A stretch of DNA of 63,585 nucleotides, the filler included, from Chiloscyllium plagiosum (taxonomy: Eukaryota), in NCBI RefSeq assembly GCF_004010195.1. It is 4 parts of one record of this genome, joined end to end, with 100 filler letters (N's around TTAATTAATTAA, not from the genome) between each part and the next. Parts side by side here need not be neighbours in the genome. Positions count along the whole stretch, not along the records: positions 42,026 to 56,423 come from NC_057716.1; positions 56,524 to 63,585 come from NC_057716.1; 2 more parts are not named here. One strand, given 5' to 3'. The notes beneath the pieces are model-generated. The model did no database searches. It saw only the letters and a list, made by a program, of their open reading frames with translations, and had not been told where the DNA came from. Made by a program: the position numbers and the translations under genes. Below, piece after piece: positions 48,851-60,211 of the stretch. The stretch's first letter is position 1, and the number at the start of each line of letters is the position of its first letter.

Positions 48851-49329
48851 AATGCCAAAATGTGGCTTACCATGGCTATTGGTTGATTGGTTTTGTTATT
48901 CCACTGGTGGGAATGGCTGATGATTTTGACATAACTTTCATCTGGATTTGGCTCACCATGATTTCACTTTATGTCTGCATTTTCTCAATCGGAGCATTTT
49001 TCCTCTGGATTCCTTCCTATTGTTTTTCTCTCTCTATTCCTTGTTTACATCCATGATATATAGGTATGCTCACAGTTTGCTCACATTGCCTGGTCTATAT
49101 AACTTCAGTTTTCCCCATGTCCAAACAGGTAAGCATTTTGACTGCTCCTCCAGCTCCATGTCCATCACTGCTCCTGCCACATTTTCCTCCACCTTTCTTG
49201 CTTCTTTTCCCTTTACATTTCCCATACCCTCTTCTTCTATCATCACGAGTCATTTCATTTCTCCCCCTCAACCACTCTGGTCTTCCAAATCCTAGCACAC
49301 ATTTTCAGCACACCTTACAGTTCCGACTT

Positions 49330-49920
49330 GTCTGCTATCAGGTTTGACTTCCTGTTGATAAGCCTGCAAATTTCCTCTGCCTGGAGGCAAAAACCCAATA
49401 TCCTCATCCTAAACTCTCACTGAGCTTCCTGCCCACCATGCCTGCTGTGAACCTACCTTTCCTACCTCATTCCCATTATTTGATACATTTCGTCTTGACT
49501 ATCCCATTGCACATCTATCACCTTTGTATATTTTACCCTCTTAAACCTGAGACCATTCAACACACTATTGCTCATTTCCTGACTCGTACTGAGCCCCATA
49601 GTTCTATCACACCAATATGCAAGGGTCCCCATTGGATTTTGATAAAGCAACCATTTTATCTTACACTTTTTGTATTTCCTTCCAAATCCCTACCTAAACT
49701 CACCTCTCCCTTTCTGTATAGTCTCTTTCACCCCCACAATCCTTCATTATATCTGTGCTCCTATATTTCTAAAGTTTGAATTTCCTCACAACAATACCTC
49801 AATTTTAAATGTTCCTCCAATGGTAGCTGCACCTTCAGCTGACCTGAACCAAGCCTCGAGAATTCCTTTCTAAAAACCTCTGCCTCCTTAAAGTCACAAC
49901 GTAAAACCTAGTACTTTGAG
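49330..49920 (+). mobile_element. L2-like LINE fossil (RT C-terminus); similar remnant at ~50700-50930
   Basis: ETIQHTIAHFLTRT...SITPICKGPHWI resembles the L2 consensus LQ.IQN.AAR.LT...ITP.L..LHWLP. Confidence 0.55.
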
Positions 49921-51213
49921 ACATCTGTGGTTTTAACTCTACCTGGAAGGATGACTCGCTTGAAACTCTGGTAGGACTCGAATTTGAGAACACATTGTCC
50001 ACAGAGACAGGAGCTTAAAAACAGGACTTCAACTCGCATAGCCACACTAGCCTAATTTTGTGGTACATTACTGTTTCTTCACTGGGTCAATACCTGCGAG
50101 TGTATCTGCACCACAAGGACTGTACTAATTCAAGATAGCATCTCACCACCATCTTCTGAAATGCAGGCAATAAATACTGGGCTCATCAGTGACAAACCAC
50201 ATCCAATTAGTGAATTTTTAAAAAAGTGCTGTTCATCTGGCGAAACCTGGTGAAGACATTTTGGGAAGTTAAAGGTACTACAAGTTACTGTTATTTTGGA
50301 TATAGTTTTGGAATTCTGTTTATAATATATTTGAATTAAACACTACAGAAATATGTTTAAGAGGTGCTGCATGATGTCAAGTGAAATAAATATATTGGAT
50401 TTAATGTAATTAGGGGGTGTAGATATTACTAAGAGGACTTTAATGTAAGTTCTCTTGCATTATACCCATTGATGGTTTTAAAATATATTTCGTACTCAAA
50501 GACTTCAAGAAGCCTTATAGCAAGGACACAATTGTATTTAGTTTGGAAGGCTATGTGAGGCAATAGTTATACTTTCTGACTTCGGCTTAGATAGTCAAGT
50601 AGCATTATACCTTTTTCATTACAAACAGTGTGTTTATCCATATTATCTCTCATCTTGTTTCTTGTTTGAGATAATCTGTTGCAGAAACACTGATTTATGT
50701 TTTTATCACCTCCAAGCTTATGTTCCAATGCTTTGCTGGCTGGCCACACATCTTTCACTTGAACAAAATTTTAAACTCATCCAAAATTCCATTGCCCAAA
50801 TCCTGACTTGCACCAATTCCATTCATTTACATCTTTATTGGCTGATGCTGGCTCCTGTTTCATTAACACCAACGTTTTCAACTTCTTATCTTCTTGTTGA
50901 AATCCATCTGTCAACAGCCCTCCAACAGCAGATTTTCACAAAGTTTGGCTAACTTCAGAGGCCTTCAGAAATGTTGACTGGCATCCAAACGCTGATAAGG
51001 GGAAATCCAAATGTGGTTTACTTGGACTTTCAAAAGGTTTTTGATAAGATCTGACATAAGGAATTAGGATGTAAAATTAAAATGTGTGTAATTGGATGTA
51101 GTGTAAGGATATAGATGGTGAATTGGTTGGCAGACAGGAAACATAGGAATAACTAGGCCTTTTTCCAAGCGGCACAGGGCTCAATGCTAGGACCCCAGCT
51201 GTTCACTATATAT

Positions 51214-53935
51214 CATGGAATTTACAGTACGGAAGGAGGCCATTGGACCCATTGTATCTGTACCCAGCTACTAAGAGAGCTGCCCAGATAGCGCAGGGGA
51301 ATGAGACTATCTCTGAAGTCCTCTATATTCATCACTTTCAAATGTATATCCAGTTCTCTTTTGAAACCTCCTGTGGAATCCACCTCCATCAGTCTCCCAG
51401 GAAGCACTTCCAAAACCTAACAGCTCTCTGAATAAACATCTCCTCAGCTTTCTTGCTGACAATCTTGAAATTGTGGGCCCGAGTTACTGACTTTCTCTAC
51501 TCTGTCAAAATTCTTCATGATTTTGAACACTTTGATAAGGTCAGCTCTTAATCTTCTCTACTCCAAGGAGAATAAGCCAATTTCTCTAATCTTTCCTTGC
51601 ATCTAAAATCTCATTCATTTGAGTAAATCTCCTTTACACTCTCTCCAGGGCTTTAACATTCTTCCTTAAATAAGGTGCCCAGAATGCACCACAATGCTGC
51701 AAATGTGGTCTGCCCAATGATTTGGAGAGGTGTAAGACCACTGAGAGTCATATAGAGTCATAGAGGTGTACATAGCATGGAAACAGACCCTGCTGATGGA
51801 GATATGTTAACTTAGTTTAGTCCCATTTGCCAGCAGTTGGCCCATATCCCTCTAAACCCTTCCTATTCATACACCCATCCAGATGCCTTTTAAACCTCTC
51901 CCTATCGCTCAAATCCTCCAACCCTGGCAACATCCTTGTAAATCTTTTAGAACCTTTTGAAGTTCCACAAATCATTCCGAGAGCATGGAGACCAGAATTG
52001 CACACAATATTCCAAAAGTGGCTGAACCAATGTCCTGTACAGCCACAACATGAGCTCCCACTTCTTTGCTTCTATATTCTATGCCTCTATTTATAAACTC
52101 AAGGATCTTGTAAACTTTCCTAATAACTGCTTCAACATATCTGGCCACCTTCAGAGAATCATGCACATGAATCCCGAGGGCCATCTGCTCCTGTAGTCCC
52201 CATTGAGCCTGTGTTATCACTCCACATTTTTTCCACCAAAGTGCATAGCTTCACATTTCTCTGCATTGAAATTCATCTGCCAGGTGTCTACCCATTTAGC
52301 CAATGTATCATTGTCTCTCTGAAGTCTCTCAGCATCACCCTCACAATTCATCATTCTCCTTAGCTTAGTATCATCTGCAAATTTAGAGATTTTGCCCTCA
52401 ACGCCCATCTCTAAATTGTTTATATAAATCAGAAAAAGCAAGGTCCCAACACCAGTCCCTGGGGAACATCACTTTCAAATTGTCTTCAATCTAAGATATG
52501 GCCATCTCTACCTAGCCTGTGTTTTCTATCTCTTAACTAAATTCTAATCCATGCTGGGAGAAAGTGGGGACTGCAGATGCTGGAGATCAGAGTCGAGAGT
52601 GAAATGCTGGAAAAGAACAGCAAGTCAGACAGCATCTGATGAACAGGAGAATCGATATTTTGGGCATAAGCTCTTCATCAGAAAAGTCAGATCCGTAGGC
52701 AGGCACTGAGGAAGGAGATGGAGCTGTCGTAGCAAGTCTGCTTCAGGACATGGCCAAGAAGCTTCAGGGTGGAGGAGATGACCTGCAGGGAGGAGTTGGG
52801 GGGGGGGGGGGGGGGGGGAGGTGGTGGTCGTGCAGTGAGAGAGAGACTCACTGAGATCCTTGTAGAGAGAGGAGGAGAACCTCTTCAAGGTAGGCATCCT
52901 TGGAAGAGGCTTCGCATTAGAGTTAAAATCAACTAGGAGAAAGTGAGAACTGTAGATACTGGAGATCAGAGTCGAGAGTGTGATGCTGGAAAGGCACAGC
53001 AGGTCAGACAGCATTCGAGGTGCAGGAGAATCAATGTTTTGGGCATAAGTCCTTCATCAGGAAGCCCTTCTAATCCATGCTGCCAAGGACCCTTCAGTCC
53101 AAAGCATTTCTGATGTGCTAACCAACCTGCCATGTGGCATCATATCAAATGCTTTATGAAAGTCCCAATGTACAGCATCCACAGCACTATTCATATCCAG
53201 TGATTGTGCTGCCTTGTTGAAGAACTAAATTAAAATGGTCAGACATGACCTGCCCTTGACAAAGCCATGTTGACTGTTTAGTGCTAAATACATATTTACC
53301 TTATCCTATATTATGGCCTTCATCAGTTTTCCCCTTATTGGTATCAAGCTGACAGATCTGTCATTTCCTGGGTTATCCTTTGCCTCTTTCTTAAAAAGAA
53401 GTGTCACATTTGCAAACATCCAGTCCCCCAAGACTAATCTTCTGTTTGGAGTTACCTGGAAAATTTGTGCTGCTAGTTTTGCAGTTTGCTCCTTTGCCTC
53501 TCTCAGCAAGCTGGGATGTATCTATCCAGCCCTAGTGACTTCTCTGTCTGGAGTGCTGCCACGTTTATAGCTGGGCCATTGACACCATTTTCTAAATTGG
53601 TAAAGGCAGAAGCAAAGCACTCATTTAGGACCTCTGCCATATCCTGTGCTTCAGTGAGCAGCTCGCCTTGCTTGATCCTTATGGGCTCCACTCAATCCTT
53701 CAGTGACCATTATATTAATATGTTTGAAGAACATTTTGCTATTTATTTTAGCACAGCTTGCATCCTTTCCTCAAACTTCTTCCTAGCCATCCTTACTCTA
53801 GCTTTAGCCTCGCTCCTGTATTTGAGCCACCTTTCCTGATTTTGATTGCTATTATTATTGCTATGTGCTTCCTTTTTCTTCCTTCTTTTCTTATGAATAT
53901 TCTCCGTCATCCAGAGAACTCTAGCTTTGAATACC
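51214..53935 (-). mobile_element. CR1 (-) nested in the CR1 (+); itself contains a further CR1 3' piece (~51745-51900) and a PLE
   Basis: KFADDTKL...WQMNFNAEKC (52217-52441), ANVTLLFKK..KDNPGN (53306-53509) and MAEVLNECFASAFT. Confidence 0.8.
52557..53067 (-). mobile_element. PLE family A insertion with two pLTR ends in direct (tandem) orientation
   Basis: Repeats at ~52557-52682 and ~52936-53062 separated by a short spacer; 15-bp TSD TTCTAATCCATGCTG at 52542-52556 and 53068-53082. Confidence 0.8.
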
Positions 53936-54257
53936 CCATATATATAAATAGCTTACACCTGATTCATATATTAATATATATATTAACAATTTAGATGACA
54001 GAACTAAACGCAGTATCTCCATGTTTGCAGATGACACAAAGCTGGGTGGGAAGGCAATCTATGAGGAGAATGCAATGATACTTCAATGTGATTTGGAAAA
54101 GTTGACTGAGTGGGCAAATGCATGACAAATGAAATATAATGTGGATAAATGGGAAGTCATCCATTTTGGTAACAAAAACAGGAATACATTATTATCTGAT
54201 TGGCAATAGATTGGGAAAAGGGAGAAGTGCAATGAGACCTGAGTGTCCTCATACATC

Positions 54258-54613
54258 AGTCATAGAATCCCTACAGTGCAGAAACAGGCCCTTCAGCCCA
54301 ACAAGTCCACACCAACCCTCCGAAGAGTAACCCACACAGACCCATTTCCTACCCTACCCTACTATCCTACATTTACCCCTGACTAAAGCACCTAACCTAT
54401 GCATCCCTGAACATTATGGGCAATCTAGCACGGCCAATTCACCTAACCTGCACACCTTTGGACTTTGGGAAGAAACCAGAGCACCCAAAAGAAACCCACA
54501 CAGACATAGGGAGAATGTACAAATTCCACACAGACTGTCACCCGAGGCTGGAATTGAACCTGGGTCCCTAGTACTATGAGGCAGCAGTGCTAACCCCTGA
54601 GCCACCGTGTTGC
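54258..54613 (-). mobile_element. HE1 SINE, near full length, diverged
   Basis: Box A/B remnants, V-domain and CR1-like tail. Confidence 0.85.
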
Positions 54614-54694
54614 CCCACTGTCATTGAAGGTAAATGTTCAGTTGCAGCAGGAACTGAAGAAGGCAAGTAGTATGTTGGCCTCCACAGTGAAATG

Positions 54695-54851
54695 ATTGGG
54701 AGATGCCGGTGTAGGACTGGGGTGTACAAAGTTAAAAATCACACAACACCAGGTTATAGTCCAACAGGTTTAATTGGAAGCACACTAGCTTTCGGAGCGA
54801 CGCTCCTTAAACCTGTTGGACTATAACCTGGTGTTGTGTGATTTTTAACTT
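54695..54851. mobile_element. Young fold-back PLE family B mini-element
   Basis: Perfect inverted arms AAAGTTAAAAATCACACAACACCAGGTTATAGTCCAACAGGTTTAA; 14-bp TSD TCCACAGTGAAATG at 54681-54694 and 54852-54865. Confidence 0.9.
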
Positions 54852-55954
54852 TCCACAGTGAAATGTTTTGAGTACAAGGGCAGCACTGTCACTGCATTTG
54901 TACAAGGCCTTAGTGAGACCACACCTAGATTATTGTGTACAGATTTGGACTCCTCATCTGAGGAAGGATGTTTTGGGTATGTAGGGAGAGCAACAAAGGT
55001 TACCAGATGGATTCATGGCATGGCATGACTGAAGTATGATGAGAGACTGCATTGGTTAGCACTATATTCACTGGAGTTTAGAACAATTAATGGGGGCGGG
55101 GAGGAATCTCTTAGAAATCTATAAAATTCTAACAGGACTAGGCAAGGTAAACACGCAGCCATGACTGCAGAGTGAGAACCTGGGTCCACAGCTTAAGGAT
55201 ATGGAGTAGGCCATTGAGAACTGAGATGAGGAGAAATTCCTTCACCCAGAGAGTGGTGAGACCAAACACTGAAAGTTTTCAAGAAGGAGTTACATTTGGT
55301 TCTTAGAGATGAGGGGATCAAAGAATATGGGAAGAAAATAGGAACAGGGTACTGATTTAAATGATCAGCCATGATCATATTGAACCGTTCAGCAAGCTCA
55401 AAGGCTCCAATGGCCTTCCCTATTTTCTATATTTCTACATTTCTAAATGCAAACTGTTATTGCTGTTGCTGCAATCTGTTACAGTATGTGTTCTTTGAAA
55501 GTCAAAAAAGAAGTTTTCATTTAGAATACAGAAATGGTTTGGACATATGAATCTGCTTTTAGTGCATATCACAACCCTTTTTACATTGGTTGAGTGACTA
55601 ATTAGTGAAATTGATTAAAGGTGTTGTTCTTGTTTTGTGTGTTGGGTCCTTTCAGACCTTTTCAGGCCTATTTACCACAAAGCCCCAAGGTTTCTTTCCT
55701 TCAAATATTATTATTATACATGTGTTTATAAATTTACATTTACCACACTCTCCTCTCGTACCCTCCCCCCCTCCACCCCCCCCACCTTATACACACCCAA
55801 GAATTCAAATAATCTGAATGTTTCTCTATTCTACCACAACCTACAAGCCTTTGGGTTTTGAAGAATGGTATCGTGCCTTTTCTATTTAAATATCTGATCC
55901 ACACTCCTAGCTTTTGTACAGTTCTTGCAAATTTGAGTATATTGTGTTTTTACT

Positions 55955-56176
55955 GGGGATTAGTTAACACAGTTGACTGGACAGCTGGTTTGTAATACAG
56001 AATGACACCAACAATATGGGTTCAACTCCTACACCAGTTGAAGTTACTATGATGGAATCTCTTCCTCAACTTCTCCCCTTTTCTGAGGTGTGGTGACCCT
56101 CAGATTAAACTAGCACCTGTAGTCTCTTTCTAATGAGACAGATGCCCTATGATCTAGAAAGGCTATGGTAACTTTT
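55955..56176 (+). mobile_element. tRNA-derived SINE (second family)
   Basis: Box A-like TAACACAGTTGACTGG and box B GGTTCAACTCC; second copy at 12605-14130. Confidence 0.6.
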
Positions 56177-56177
56177 T

Positions 56178-56423
56178 GGAGGAGAAAGTGAGGTCTGCAG
56201 ATGCTGGAGATCAGAGCCGGAGATGTGTAGCTGGAAAAGCGCAGCAGGTCAGGCAGCATCCAGGGAACAGGAGAATCGACGTTTCGGGCATAAGCCCTTC
56301 TTCAGGAATGAGGAAAGTTTGTCCAGCAGGCTAAGATAAAAGGTAGGGAGGAGGGACTTGGGGGAGGGGCGTCGGAAATGTGATAGGTGGAAAGAGGTCA
56401 AGGTGAGGGTGATAGGTCAGACT
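56178..56423 (-). mobile_element. Young PLE family A terminus with intact hammerhead core (56278-56305), ending at a scaffold gap
   Basis: Minus strand reads CTGAAGA-A-GGGC-TTAT-GCCC-GAAA-CGTC. Confidence 0.8.
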
Positions 56424-56523
56424 NNNNNNNNNNNNNNNNNNNNNNNNNNNNNNNNNNNNNNNNNNNNTTAATTAATTAANNNNNNNNNNNNNNNNNNNNN
56501 NNNNNNNNNNNNNNNNNNNNNNN
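56424..56523. other. Artificial scaffold spacer
   Basis: 44 N + TTAATTAATTAA + 44 N. Confidence 0.95.
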
Positions 56524-57068
56524 CCTCCTGGACTTTCAAATTGGCACAGATTAATTATGGAATGTATTCCCCTTGACTTCCTTACAAATATGGTGCACCG
56601 AAAGACCGAATTATTTTATAAAATATGGCAGCCCTTCTTGAATTACATAAATACAGATATTTCGGCTATCCTAACAAGGGCTTTTATTTAATTGAGATTA
56701 CGAACCTGGTTGGTCTGGGGCCCCTTAGGAGAGGAATCCCGCACGAATACGGGTTTTGTTACATTTGATGTTAACACATTCCGAGCATGTATCTCACTAC
56801 TCAATTTCTATGTTATCCGTTTTTTTGTGGTTTTTCTTTTCTCTCTCTTATTTGAATAATGTAAGAGACTTAAATATACACTCTGGTTAGATTAGTAGTT
56901 AGTTGAGTTTTGTTTTTTTTCTTTCTCGGTATTTTTTCTTTTGTTAAATTTTGGCTATTGTATATTTAATATTTAATTGTATATCAATGTTTGTACTTGA
57001 GAGTTTTGTTTATTTTTGTAAACTTGTAAAAATGTTAAATTTCTAATAAAAATATCTATAAAAAAAAA
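56524..57068 (+). mobile_element. L1-clade LINE 3' end (ORF2 C-terminus to stop at 56691, T-rich 3'UTR, poly(A))
   Basis: PPGLSNWHRLIMECIPLDFLT...LFYKIWQPFLNY resembles the fish L1 ORF2 terminus; AATAAA at 57045-57050 followed by an A-tail. Confidence 0.8.
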
Positions 57069-58307
57069 GATTGGGAGAAGCAGCCAAGCATGTGTCAGAA
57101 AGGTAGATTCTTTCTGGAGGATGTCCTGGATGCAGCAAAAGGACAAGCAAAATTGCATTTAGTAATGCATGGTAAGCCAGATTTAATTAGTGACCTCATT
57201 AAGCATGATACTTTATGAAATAATGATCATAACATGATCATGTTCAATAAAGCATTTGAAAGTGAAAAGCATGAATCATCTACTAGAGTTCTAGATTCAG
57301 ATAAGGCTGATGTTAATGGGATGAGACATAGACATTTTCCAACAAACTGAGACTTTGTGGAGTCTAGAGTCAACCTCAACTCCCAGGGCAACTCCCTCCT
57401 GACTCTATACCACTGGGCAATTACTTCTGGTAGGTTTGTCCTTCTGGTGGAAACGGACGTATCCCAGGGATGGTGATGGCAATGTCCAAATGTAAGGCAC
57501 ACATGTGATGTGACACATTAGGTTTGACTCTTTGATTATGATTATGTCAGGATGTTTGCTCTCCCAATTTTTGTCCAAATTACCAAGCCTTTCAGTGTCA
57601 ACAACACTGTTTGGCCAAACAATCAAAGGAAGATAGCAATGTTGTCTGGAGTGGTTGGTAAGTGGAATAGTCCACACCCAGTAAAATTATTACATCATCT
57701 GAAATCTAGATATGTGGCACATGCTAAACTTTCAATGTCACATATATGTATATTATTCCAGCTTGGAGAAATCAACTGCAATTCAGCTAATTAATAACAA
57801 ACTGAGAGGCCTAGTGGAAACTATTTTGTGGTCCACAATACAACAAACAGATTAGCTGTCACAAGCAAAGATCATTGTAGTTTTGGTAAATTTACAATCA
57901 AACAGATGAGTAAAAAGTTGATTTTGTGCAATATAAAACATTACAAAACTTACTATTTCAATCAAGTACCTCTAAAAGAAACAGTTAGTATTAACAATAT
58001 GCTACAAATTACATAGGACAACATAAGGAAGATTTGTTGGTGAATCAGTATTATGAAATCAGTAAAATTACTTTAAGTGAGCCATCTCAATCAACTTAAT
58101 GTAAACTGTAACTTGAATTTAAATCTCTGAAAATTACTTAAAGTAAACGACATGAGCTTTCAACAGTTTAATTTGGTGTTCGTTTTCTTAACAAATTGAA
58201 TATTATCTGGTATGAAAGAAAGTTTTAAGATATGCCAACTAGAACCTATGTAAATCAAAAAAAATGAGTGAAATTTGGGCATGTCATACTTAAAGTTTAA
58301 CATTTGG

Positions 58308-58495
58308 GGTCGAGATTGTGGTGCTGGAAAAGCACAGCAGGTCAGGCAGCATCCAAGGAGCAGGAGAATTGATGTTTCGGGCATAGGCCCTTCATCAGAA
58401 ATAAGAATGCCCAAAATGTCAATTCTCCTGCTCCTTGGATGCTGCCCGACCTGCTGTGCTTTTCCAGCACCACTCTCGACTCTGATCTCCAGCAT
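58308..58495. mobile_element. Fold-back PLE family A mini-element
   Basis: Inverted arms; AAGTTTAACA duplicated at 58293-58302 and 58498-58507; hammerhead core on the minus strand. Confidence 0.85.
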
Positions 58496-59066
58496 ATAAG
58501 TTTAACAGTCCCCAATTATTTTGTATTGTTTTGACCAACTGAGGAGATATCAAGCTTCTCGAGTGTTATTGGAATTGCACTCTCCAGGCAAGTGAGGAGT
58601 ATTCCTTCACACACCTGACTTTTGCCTTGCACATGGTAAACAGGCTTTAGAGAGCACTGAAGGGAATTACTCACTGCAGGATTCCTGGCCTCTGACCTGT
58701 TCTTATAGCTGCAGCATTTATGCAGCAAGTCCAGTTCAGTTTCTGGGCAATGGTACCCCCAGGTTATCGATAGAAGGATAGTCAGTGATGCGACTGCCAC
58801 TGAAGTTCAAGAGGTGATGATCAGATTCACTTTTGTTGGAGATGGCCTTTACCTGGGCACTTGCGTGACACTTGCCACTTCTGACTTCAGGCCTGATTAA
58901 CAATACTTGCTTCAATATCTCAGGCATCATAAGTAGTACTGAACACTACAGTAATCAGCAAATATCCCCACTTCTGATTCCAATACAGGAAAGATCAGTT
59001 GAAGAAGGTTGGACATAGGACACAGCAATGATGAACTCCTGCTGCTGAGATGGCGGACATCCTATA

Positions 59067-59189
59067 TCTGAAGAAGGGTTACACCTGAAACGTTGACTTC
59101 CCCACCTCCTGATGCTGCCTGGCTTGCTGTGTTCTTCTTGCCTCCTGCTTGTCTACCTTGGATTCCAGCAGCTGCAGTTTTTTTTGTCT
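59067..59189 (+). mobile_element. Solo PLE terminus beginning at a hammerhead motif
   Basis: CTGAAGA-A-GGGT-TAC-ACCT-GAAA-CGTT; 9-bp TSD CATCCTATA at 59058-59066 and 59190-59198. Confidence 0.7.
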
Positions 59190-59887
59190 CATCCTATAAC
59201 TAACACCATCTTGACTTGACTCCGAACAGCAATGTTTCCATCCAATTTCCATTGACTCGTAATTTTGCTCAGGTTCGTGATGACAAACATGGTCAAATAT
59301 GACCTTGATATCACAGACAGTCACTCTCACCTTTCCTCTCGAGGTCATCTCTTGTGTCAATATTTCAACCAAGGCTATAACAAAATCAAGAGCTGAGAAG
59401 CCCTGACTATCAGTGTGCACATTATTGCGAACCAAGTTCAGCATGACAACACTTTTGATGACCAACATCATCACTTTATTGATGACTGAAGGTAAATTGA
59501 TAGGGCAATTATTGGCCAAGTTGGATTTCTCCCATTTTTTGTGGTTTAGACATATTTGAGCAATTTTCCACTTTGTTGGGCACCGGATGCCAGTGTTGCA
59601 GATGTGCTGGAACAGGTTAAGCAATTTCTGGAGCACAACTCTACAGTACTATTGTTGAAATATTGAAAGGGCCCACAGTCTTTGGAGTATCCAGTGCCTT
59701 TAGTCAGTTTTTAATATCAGGTGGATGAATCAAATTGGCCAAGACAAGCATTTGTGATGCTACCTCTGAAGGCGGCTGAAATGAAGCATCTACACAGCCT
59801 CATATTTCACTCTATAGTGCGGGGTTCCTCCAGAGGAGTCTCTTCCACTAGTGAGTTATTAATTGTTCACCGCTATCCAACACTGGA

Positions 59888-60211
59888 TTAGATTAGATTA
59901 GATTACTTATAGTGTGGAAACAGGCCCTTCGGCCCAACAAGTCCACACAGACCCTCCGAAGACCAACCCACTCAGACCCATTCCCCAAACATTTACCCCT
60001 TCACCTAACACTATGGGCAATTTAGCATGGCCAATTCACCTGACCTGCACATTTTTGGACTGTGGGAGGAAACCGGAGCACCCAGAGGAAACCCACGCAG
60101 ACATGGGGAGAATGTGCAAACTCCACAGAGACAGTTGCCTGAGGTGGGAATTGAACCCGGTTCTCTGGCGCTGTGAGGCAGCAATGCTAACCACTGTGCC
60201 ACCGTGCCGCC
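59888..60211 (-). mobile_element. HE1 SINE, full length, (TCTAA)n tail
   Basis: GGCGGCACGGTGGCACAGTGGTTAGC 5' end, box B GGTTCAATTCC, V-domain, and TTAGA repeats at 59888-59902. Confidence 0.9.

Larger units (their letters stand above)
50930..55446 (+). mobile_element. Host CR1 (+) split into ~50930-51213 and ~53975-55446 by nested insertions
   Basis: The RT motif LGPQLFTIY|INNLD...FADDTK is broken at ~51213 and resumes at ~53980; tail TTTCTATATTTCTACATTTCT. Confidence 0.75.
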
